Part shown: in pieces, positions 26,683 through 35,747 of the stretch
Layout: every line of letters begins with the position of its first letter
Numbering within the stretch: position 1 is the first letter of the stretch
From: Reclinomonas americana ATCC 50394
Lineage: Eukaryota
NCBI GenBank assembly: GCA_048213135.1
Contig: PS015216.1
Coordinates: forward strand, 1 to 35,747
Direction of reading: 5' to 3'
Length of the DNA stretch: 35,747 bases
Program-made: the position numbers and the translations under genes
Notes under the pieces: model-generated
What the model was told of the DNA's origin: nothing
What the model saw: the letters and a program-made list of their open reading frames with translations, nothing else
Database searches by the model: none

Positions 26683-29600
26683 TCACGTGGTGCAGCGGCT
26701 ATCGCGGCCGGCTTGCGGCGCGCGAGCGGCAACAGCAGCACGTCGAGCACTGGAACGTGCACGGGCGTCCATCGCCGTATCCACAGGAACCTGGCCCCAC
26801 GCACCACCGCCGGCATGCCACGCATACAGTTCGTTGTCTTTGCGTGATTCCACCCAGTGCCGAAAGCCGATGCTCTTGGCCTGCTGTGCCGCCTTGCGGA
26901 GCTCTTGAATCGCCTTTCGGCGCCACCGCGCCGCAGCCTCTTCCACGTCAACGTCGTCGTCATCCTCCTCCTCCTCCTCCACCACCTCATCCACCTTCCT
27001 CACTCCATTCTCCTCGTGATCTTCGCCGTCCCTCTCATCTGCGTCCTCTGCGGCCACCTCGTCACCGACGCCAACAGAGGCCGTGGCGCTGTCACTCGCG
27101 CTCGACCGAGTCGCGAGTAGGTGGGTGTGCGAATGAGGAGCCGCCGCACTTGCACTTGCCATTAATTCGTGGCTGTGGCGACTCGGACGTTGTTGCTGTC
27201 GCCGCGGTCGCAGACGAGCGAGGATCAACGCCTCCTCACCAGCAATAGTTGAATTCCCGCAGTCGTCGTCGTCGGCGTCGGGATTCTCGACGCCCCAGTC
27301 TTTCACCAGTGCATCGAACTGAAAACGCCGACCATCCAGTCGATTGTAGCGGCCGTGGAGGGAACAATCACCATCTTCTCCGGTGTAGCGGTGCTGTGCA
27401 CACATTTCACGCGCACGAAGGCAGTAAGCAAGCAGAAGCACACATGGCCACGGCAGATACAGTCGCGGCGACAAGGAAATTACCTTGATGGCGAAGCATC
27501 GATTACTGCCACTGCGCTTGCCAGCCACACGATGCACCGAGCATTCTCGGCACATGTGCCGGAACTGCGCAAAGCTGGAGGGGAACAACACTTTCACGTC
27601 GTCGATGATCACAGCATTCGCTAGGCGGTATCTGTGTCGCACGCGCAGAAGTACGTGAGACAACATGCGAAACAATCATCCTCGTCATCGACAGCAGCAC
27701 GACGCACACAAAGCAGCGTGTCAGTGGATCAAAGCGCGCCTCGCCTGCTTCGTCGTACACTGGAATGTACGGACGGTACGCCACCATGTACCGCTCGCGC
27801 TCGAGTGGCTCGGAGGCCCGCACGTGACGCCGTCGGCCAGTGTAAAACCCCTCGATCCGGCAGTGCAACACCGGGAGACTCGCGGAGCCCACTGTCTCCT
27901 GCAGAGCTGACGGTGCGTCANNNNNNNNNNNNNNNNNNNNNNNNNNNNNNNNNNNNNNNNNNNNNNNNNNNNNNNNNNNNNNNNNNNNNNNNNNNNNNNN
28001 NNNNNNNNNNNNNNNNNNNNNNNNNNNNNNNNNNNNNNNNNNNNNNNNNNNNNNNNNNNNNNNNNNNNNNNNNNNNNNNNNNNNNNNNNNNNNNNNNNNN
28101 NNNNNNNNNNNNNNNNNNNNNNNNNNNNNNNNNNNNNNNNNNNNNNNNNNNNNNNNNNNNNNNNNNNNNNNNNNNNNNNNNNNNNNNNNNNNNNNNNNNN
28201 NNNNNNNNNNNNNNNNNNNNNNNNNNNNNNNNNNNNNNNNNNNNNNNNNNNNNNNNNNNNNNNNNNNNNNNNNNNNNNNNNNNNNNNNNNNNNNNNNNNN
28301 NNNNNNNNNNNNNNNNAACATATTCGTTCTGCTTCAAGTCGCGACGCTCCTCACTGTGCACACCGCCGACACGCTTGTTATTATGCGCACCGCAACAGCA
28401 CAGCATCCAATGAGCCCCCATGCGTAACTGGTGTAGCTTCTCGCCAACTGCCTCGGACACGTAGCAGCACATGCCAGCCTGCTTCTCCTGCTGGAGAGAG
28501 TGCGCCAGTGCGTGGGTCTTGTAGGATTCGACGGATACACCATCGCCACACGCTCTGCGCATACGTGTTCGTGCCGTGAGTGAGGAGCGTGATCACAATT
28601 GCGCGGCATTCGACGACTCACTCACCCAATGACGGCTCGCAGATACCAAATGGTTCGCGCGTACGCTGCATCGTCACTGCTATCCCGATGAGTGGCCATC
28701 GTGTGCGAATAGTAATCCGCCAGCGCTGGAAAGAGCAGCAAAGCTGGCTCATCCTCCATCAACGTGAACAGCTCGGCCTCCGAATACGACGGACAGTACA
28801 TGACGAGCACCGCTGCGTGAAGCGAGCATTCCCAGTGTGAGTGCTCACGCACAACTCCGAATGCATGCGTGTGTGTATGTGTGGCTTGCTGGCTGGAAAC
28901 AGCCTCACCTCGCAGTGCAAACATGATGACATGCGTTACGGCGATCCAGTCTCGCCCAAGGAAGGAACCACAGTTGTTGGCGAATGAGTAAATGACGCGA
29001 GCCAGTGTCGGATCGTCGCCAGACATGGCACTTATGAAATCGGCCAGGTCCGACATCATCTAGCCGACGATGCTCTTCTCGTCGACGAGGCGCAAAAAGC
29101 AGGTCTCGAGTGCGGCGCGGAAACGGACAGCAATGCCCTCAGCAACTATGTGACGATAGATGGGCAGCAAGATGTCTCGATGAACCTGCATGTGTCGGTT
29201 GTGAGTTTTTGAGGGCGAGGGAAGATCTCAAACACATACACAGGCACGCACGTTAAAGTCCGGCAAGTCGGTGACGAGTGCCGATGCAGGGTTCCTGTCA
29301 CCTGCCACACCCAGTATAACCNNNNNNNNNNNNNNNNNNNNNNNNNNNNNNNNNNNNNNNNNNNNNNNNNNNNNNNNNNNNNNNNNNNNNNNNNNNNNNN
29401 NNNNNNNNNNNNNNNNNNNNNNNNNNNNNNNNNNNNNNNNNNNNNNNNNNNNNNNNNNNNNNNNNNNNNNNNNNNNNNNNNNNNNNNNNNNNNNNNNNNN
29501 NNNNNNNNNNNNNNNNNNNNNNNNNNNNNNNNNNNNNNNNNNNNNNNNNNNNNNNNNNNNNNNNNNNNNNNNNNNNNNNNNNNNNNNNNNNNNNNNNNNN

Positions 29601-32600
29601 NNNNNNNNNNNNNNNNNNNNNNNNNNNNNNNNNNNNNNNNNNNNNNNNNNNNNNNNNNNNNNNNNNNNNNNNNNNNNNNNNNNNNNNNNNNNNNNNNNNN
29701 NNNNNNNNNNNNNNNNNNNNNNNNNNNNNNNNNNNNNNNNNNNNNNNNNNNNNNNNNNNNNNNNNNNNNNNNNNNNNNNNNNNNNNNNNNNNNNNNNNNN
29801 NNNNNNNNNNNNNNNNNNNNNNNNNNNNNNNNNNNNNNNNNNNNNNNNNNNNNNNNNNNNNNNNNNNNNNNNNNNNNNNNNNNNNNNNNNNNNNNNNNNN
29901 NNNNNNNNNNNNNNNNNNNNNNNNNNNNNNNNNNNNNNNNNNNNNNNNNNNNNNNNNNNNNNNNNNNNNNNNNNNNNNNNNNNNNNNNNNNNNNNNNNNN
30001 NNNNNNNNNNNNNNNNNNNNNNNNNNNNNNNNNNNNNNNNNNNNNNNNNNNNNNNNNNNNNNNNNNNNNNNNNNNNNNNNNNNNNNNNNNNNNNNNNNNN
30101 NNNNNNNNNNNNNNNNNNNNNNNNNNNNNNNNNNNNNNNNNNNNNNNNNNNNNNNNNNNNNNNNNNNNNNNNNNNNNNNNNNNNNNNNNNNNNNNNNNNN
30201 NNNNNNNNNNNNNNNNNNNNNNNNNNNNNNNNNNNNNNNNGACATCTTCCTCTGCGTAACCACTTCACGTGTGTGGTCTTGATTGCGCCAAGCCACCTTC
30301 GATCGCACGCCGACATACTGGTTGCGGACAAATACAGGGTGCCGCAGTCTGCGGGCAGTGGATAACATTCGATCCAGTCCTGCAGCCAGCATGCACCACC
30401 GTGCAGGTGAGGATTACGCAGCACAACGGGAGTTCTCCATTCCACACACTCACCATGGCACCACCAGCAGTGTAGCTGGCGAATAACCGCAGCAGCCTCC
30501 TGCGCCTCAGGGCCGTCGGCTGAGTGGAACAGCAGGTCGGCTACCACCCACAACTTCCGGCCATTGATCTCCGCCAGAAAGCCATTCCGAAGCCGGTTCA
30601 TCGAAATGGTGAGCTGTTTGTATGCCGACATGTTGCTCGTCTCTGCAAGACCATTCTCGAGCGTAAGCACCTCGAGCGTAAACACGGCTCACCACTACCC
30701 GCGTGTACGTATGCGCACCTGGTGGCGTGAGACCAACGCACGGGAAGTAGCGGGATTTTCCAGAGCGCAGCTCATCGGCCGGCCGATTGACAATCGCCAG
30801 GTGCAATGCACCTGTTGGTCGCTGCGCGCGTGTGCTCAGTGACTCTGCATCAGCGTGACAACGAATACAGTCAGTGCACGCATGCTGCTGGCAACAAACA
30901 AGTCCACATCGCTCACCCTTGAAATCATCATAGTCTGTCTTTACAAACAATACCACCACTTCGTCCGCGCCGGCCTCTGCTGCCCTGACCTCCATCGTGT
31001 TATCATACTGCAATCAAGACAGTCTCTCTCTTAGTAACAACTGCGAAATGAGCAGCCGAGAACAACAGCAGCCTACCGTCAGCGCGACACCACTCTCAGT
31101 GCCGCGAATCTGATCGTCGGTGCATTGCACAAAGGCCATCTTGCCGCCGGCAACAACATTTGTCGGAATGACGCACAGCAATGGGACGCTGCGTGGACGA
31201 TCGGCGGAAAGCATGTCCATCAGAACACTGGACTGGAAACTCGTCCGAGCACCGTCCCGGGATTGAGTGTGACTTCCACAACAGCCGTCGTTGACGGATG
31301 TCTCGGCCACACCAAGAGGCAAGCAAAGCGCTGAGCCACATCTGTTGCTGGTTCACCCCAAACGCTGACATTATTCTGCCGTGCAAAGCACTGTTTGTCA
31401 GCGCTACCGCAAGAGACAACAATCAAACATGAATTGGCGCAACTGAGGGATACGGATGGCTGTCAAACAACCACAATTGCACCACGGTTCTTTTGACTCC
31501 GTCGGGCCCCACCTGCCACATGCGCAAGCGTACACGTTGGCAACATGAGATGCATGCCAGCACAAACGACAGTGGATGATGATCAACAACTCAACGACAT
31601 CCCACGAATTCAGCACCTTGGCAATCACGTCCGCGCCGTTAACAGCAGCGCACACAAAAGAGTTCTTCCAGAGAGCGACGCGCTTGCCGTTCCCGAGGGT
31701 CGCATACGTGACAAGAGCATGCAGCTCCTTCGTCTTCACTCGCGCCCCTGTCATGGGCCCGCGACGAATAACGCTGCCGGGTGTCTGCGGAGGTGCCGGG
31801 GGTCGTTGGTCAGGGAGACACACACGCTGGGGCGCGTTGAAACACACAATACCTTGCCAGCAACATGCAAGTGACGAGGTGTGAGGCTATCCAGTGTACC
31901 AGGCAGTGCCAGCTGACGAGCAATGGTCTTCTCCAGCCGCATGTAGTGGCCTGGTTGCTCGTTGAAGTGCGTGACGCTCTCCACATACTCCGACGCCGCA
32001 AGCCCAAATGTGCTCAACTTGCACCGCCAGTCGGATATCTTCGGGGTGGTGTCCTTGTTGAAGTTGGCTCGGGGATACGTGAGAAGCGCATAAAGCAGCT
32101 CTTGTTGGCTGTGACTGAGTTTCACCAGCTCGATGAATTGCATGAGAAGGGCGTGTTCGAGTGATTTGGCAGGCGCGAACGGGTTGTCGGGCGGGATGAC
32201 TTTCTGTGCGCACAGGCAAACTCAGGCACTCGCATCACCAGTAGTAACATTAGCATGATGACGCTCACATGCGCACGTACCATCTGCTTGGCAGTGAATT
32301 CCTCAATCATGTTCACAACGCGCTGATGCTCCTCGTCGGTGAACGCCTCCAGCTCGGCAGCAGCCCGCTTGAGGTCGCGCTGAAGCTCTCGCTCACTCTC
32401 GTCAGCGGCGTACGCCTCATAATCATAGTTCTCGTCCTCGTCCTCGTCCGAGCTCGGCTCAGCCTCTTCCTCGACGCACACATAGTCTGCATCACAGCGT
32501 GAGAATGAACCAACAGGGATGTCACGAAGCAGCAACCGCAGCAACACACCGTCGCTTGCACAAGCACTCTCCACATCCTCTTCCTCGTCCTCGTCATCGT

Positions 32601-33262
32601 CATCGTCCATGGGGGCTGTAGCGGTGGACTCACAGAGACTGCCGCCACCGTCGATCATCACCTGATCGTTCTTCGGCGCAACGCGCTCGAGGACGCCATC
32701 AACTGGCATCTCATCATCGTCGCTGGTGTCTGCGGATGAGAAACGCAGCTCCATCGGGGCATCAGCAATCTCACGAGCCAGTGCGTCGTCGGCCTGTCGC
32801 TGCCACACATCGTGCGGCCCATGTCTCGCGAGCTGAATGCGGTGGCTCTGTGTGCATGTGTGAGAGCATCAGCACCACGGAAGGGAACGCACACACACAC
32901 ACACATACAAACACACACACATGCCTGTGCACATCAGCGCAGAGCGACGTCGAGACAAAGATGATGAAGTCAATCCGCGAGTTTGAGCTTTTGTCCGTCA
33001 CGCACACACGCACCGACACACACACGAAGAGCGCGCCCATGCACACCTTGCTGTTGATGTGTCTGAGAAAGTTGCTTGAGCGATGAGGGGCCATTGGTTT
33101 GCGGCCGCAACACCAACAGCGCCACTTATTGGAGGGCACCGCGTGTTTTCCTGTCGAGTGATGGACTCGCTTTACCCTTGCTAACACGCCTGCGAGCGCA
33201 TCGAGCAGGCCTACACTGTGTAGACTCTGTGCAATGACCTGGTTGATGGCACTGTCGGGCAC
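26683..33262 (-). pseudogene. Intron-rich CMC/CACTA(Plavaka)-like DDE transposase with N-terminal zinc finger; interrupted by two N gaps and an in-frame TAG
   Basis: Ordered motifs: CWCC...SSNFLRHINSK|SH (zinc finger); NPFAP; KTDYDDF (about 30930, candidate D1); GALHLAIVNRP..LR...VGLTPP; LRNGF...LLFHSADGPEAQ...CWWCH (candidate D2); LPDFN|V...HIVAEGI; GRDW; KTHALAH...SEAVGEKLH (candidate E); HMCREC. In-frame TAG at 29060-29062. Both gene ends are uncertain. Confidence 0.72.
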
Positions 33263-33590
33263 CGTTCACAGTGCAGCGCGAGAGGAAGAAAGATGAGATG
33301 GAGAGGAGACGTCAGATGAGGAGGGAAACGTGTGTAGAGAAGGGCTGCTCGCGTTCGAGCAGTGCACTAATGTACCGCAGCGCGTACTCGATTCATCATC
33401 ATGAGCTTGCGGTTTGATGATGAAAACAGTGACTCCATCGCCGAGTCCACGGCAGCGGCGCCATTCTCGCCGGCTGCTCTGCGCTCCAGCTCAGGCGGAA
33501 GCTCCTACAGCAGTTGCGTGCGTCGTTCGCAGTTGGGTAACGTTGTCGAACGTTGTTGCTAAACTCCTGCGCCTCTTCATTACAGGTGAG

Positions 33591-34321
33591 ATGATGATGA
33601 TGATGAGTCCCAGGAACGCCATTGTGGGTGGCGGTGGTTTAGGTCCCAGCATGCCTGTGTCTGCTCGCAAGCGAGGAGCCCATGGCTTCGAAGACGACGA
33701 CGGCTCGCAGCCGCCCTTCAAGAGGCGGTCCATGTCACAGTACCTGTGCAACGCCGGCGTCCCTACGGACAGTGATGATGTTCGTGCCCTTGGCCTGTTC
33801 ACCGAGGAGGGTCACTGCAAGGAGAAGAACCGCACCGAAGTACTGATGGTGGTCAACGCACAAATCGTCAAACAGCTGGTTGACACAAACAAGCTGTTGG
33901 CTGCGATGGTCACGGAGCAGACCCAGTTGACCAAGACCACAAACGTGATTGTGAGCAAGACTACCAAGATGCGCGAGGACATTGAGGCGATGCGTCACGC
34001 AGCATGTGAGACGGTTGCCACGCTAGACAGCAAGGCAGTGGTTTGTGTCGTTCGATTGGTGCCGTTTTCTGTTCACCGTGTGGACCCCACTCTCACTTCA
34101 TCGCGGTACAGAACGCCTTTGCCAACGTGGCGCGCTTTTCAATCCGCCGCAGCCTTGACAGTGGTGACTTTGCGACACTCAAACGCTGGCACAAGAAGGA
34201 CCCCGACCTCATCCAGGAAACTGTGATGAACACGCCCAGGCTGTCAAGTATAGGGCTATTGTAGAGACTTATGACGGGGCGAAGGAGGTTGCTGGGAAGG
34301 TACGCTGCTTGGACGTCGTTT

Positions 34322-34357
<36 letters not shown>

Positions 34358-35138
34358 ATAGACACACGCACATACACTCCCTCCGTCCTGTGTGTGCGCG
34401 TAACGTAAGCCGATCACCTGCATCGTGCAGATTGCGTCGAGAATCAACTCGGCCCTCTCCAGTATCACCAGCAGAATCAGCAATGAGTGCCTCGTTGCTG
34501 GTGCCGCTGCTTACCGCTCTCTTGATGAATTCAAGCAGTTTTTGCAGCGCACCGGAGTCGAGGATGCCAAGGTGTGTTTTTAGCCTGATTGGCGCAGCGT
34601 ACATTCTTCCTTCTTTATCGGCGCCAACACGTTGACACACAGGTGGCGAATGCAAAGGATGGCCGTGCTGAGGCTCTTTCGGCTGCCTTTGCAAACCGTG
34701 AGCAGTCGCGTGTGGTCATTGGAATGATGGTTTGTGGGCGGGAGCTTGAGCGTTGGTCGTTGGGTGCAGCCCACACTCACCGTACTGGTGATGTGTGTGC
34801 AGGTACTTTCAGCTATCACCTCCACCATGTTGACGGCAAGAACGCGACGTTTGGGAAGATTGCTAACTGGCTGTACCAGCATTGGCTTTTACTTCTCTCA
34901 TCTCCGGAGACTGTTTTCCGTGCTCTGCGGCTCGGAGGGGAATACGGCCTTCATGGTGCATCTACCGTGGGAGTTCTTGTTTCCGACGGCAGGTGGGATG
35001 GAACACGGTGACCCTGTGGATCTGGCCGCACAGGCAGCTGGCAGTGACGTTGTTGGGAGCTCCTCGAGTGACGATCGCGGCGTGGGAGATGAGCTGGAGG
35101 AAGCGGAACGGGAGGAAGATGACGGTGATCTTGACTGA
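33591..35138 (+). pseudogene. Accessory gene of the transposon, unknown family (NLS-like motif, coiled-coil, acidic tail), about five exons with an apparent frameshift
   Basis: RKR...PPFKRR; heptad-like IVKQLVDTNKLLAAMVTEQTQL; GT-AG-bounded exons at about 34111-34299, 34431-34571, 34644-34729 and 34804-35138. The reading frame hits TAG at 34262-34264, while a shifted frame (KYRAIVETYDGAKEVAGK) reaches the donor in phase. Confidence 0.55.
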
Positions 35139-35636
35139 CGGATCCCGATCTGGAGCGGGATATTTTTAGCAGTTTTTCGCAGCAGTGCAGACAAACAGAC
35201 AGACTTAGAAGATGAGTACTGTATAGTACATGGTGCAGCACTTGCTTGCGGATTGTGGCAGTGTGGGAGCTGGTGCAGCGGGGTGCGCGGGATTTGGCGA
35301 TATAACCGGCCCGACGATTGCAACTGATTCGTCCAGTCGTCGTCCAAACGATTGTCGGCAGTAGCCAACGCTGGCAAACGTTTTCACCAGAGATCTGGGC
35401 AAAACGTCGCAACGAGGGCTTAATCAGGTACAAGTCGGGAAAACGCTGTAAACTAATTGGTCAAACGCTGTCGTATCGATGTCTACGTGAGATTTGCCGA
35501 CAATTTACCGAGATTTCTGCCTTATACAGGACATGAGGCGCCCAGGAATCGGTAGTCCCTCTTCCCAACGTCGGACGCACTCGCCGTGTATACATGCAGC
35601 TGGTGCCCGTTTGGTTGTTGGTAAATGAATTGTTTG

Positions 35637-35725
35637 CTGAGTTTCTGGTGTTCACTCAAGATGGTGATCATCATGCAGCTGTGTTGCTGTTTGGATTAGT
35701 AGTTGCTGTTGTTGTTGGATCAGTG
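35637..35725 (-). repeat. Right terminal inverted repeat
   Basis: Reverse complement reads cactgatccaacaacaacagcaactactaatccaaacagcaacacagctgcatgatgatcaccatcttgagtgaacaccagaaactcag, matching 26284-26362 and 25119-25202. Confidence 0.85.
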
Positions 35726-35747
35726 AAGTTCCTACTATGGGACACAT

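Larger units (their letters stand above)
26284..35725. mobile_element. About 9.4-kb DNA transposon, CMC/CACTA(EnSpm/Plavaka)-like, with imperfect terminal inverted repeats
   Basis: Starts CACTG (26284) and ends CAGTG (35725); 26284-26362 is an imperfect reverse complement of 35637-35725; encloses a DDE transposase gene and a second gene. No clear target-site duplication (att versus aag). Confidence 0.78.

Noticed and set aside
29060-29062. TAG codon reassignment
   Set aside because: TAG serves as the normal stop for eEFSec (1967-1969) and PI3K (2050-2052), and no in-frame TAG occurs in the host gene models.
25093-30685. Long ORFs of 250-485 aa in the ORF track spanning N runs
   Set aside because: They are artefacts of translating assembly gaps as X.
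33414-35636. Fanzor/TnpB nuclease with an omega-RNA at the element's right end
   Set aside because: No RuvC motifs or C-terminal zinc ribbon are recognisable in any frame. The N gaps lie within the transposase gene and cannot be examined.
26385-35702. Helitron interpretation of the inner segment (starts TC, ends TAG)
   Set aside because: The end is GTAG rather than CTRR, the flanks are not A|T, no Rep or helicase motifs are visible, and inverted repeats plus DDE motifs point to a cut-and-paste element.

Overview
Intron-rich, GC-rich, microsatellite-laden eukaryotic (protist-like) genomic DNA with several assembly gaps. All gene models were spliced by hand from GT-AG sites and reading-frame phase; family calls rest on motif recognition, not database searches. 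Left to right: the 3' part of the selenocysteine elongation factor eEFSec (+); an approximately 18-exon class I-like PI3K (-); three paralogous secreted or membrane-anchored GT2/GT-A glycosyltransferases (-) with a kelch-repeat gene between the second and third; a CRT-like (DMT superfamily) transporter (+) whose last exons continue in frame into a Nup98/Nup145-type autoproteolytic (peptidase S59)-like domain that lacks the HFS catalytic motif; a multi-exon hypothetical gene (-); and a duplicated WD40 gene fragment (+). The last 9.4 kb (26284-35725) is a DNA transposon with roughly 80-90 bp imperfect inverted repeats (CACTG...CAGTG). It encodes an intron-rich CMC/CACTA(Plavaka)-like DDE transposase and a divergent accessory gene, both apparently damaged. 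A 124-bp internally deleted version of the same element sits just upstream. Many introns use an unusual GTTGCG donor.
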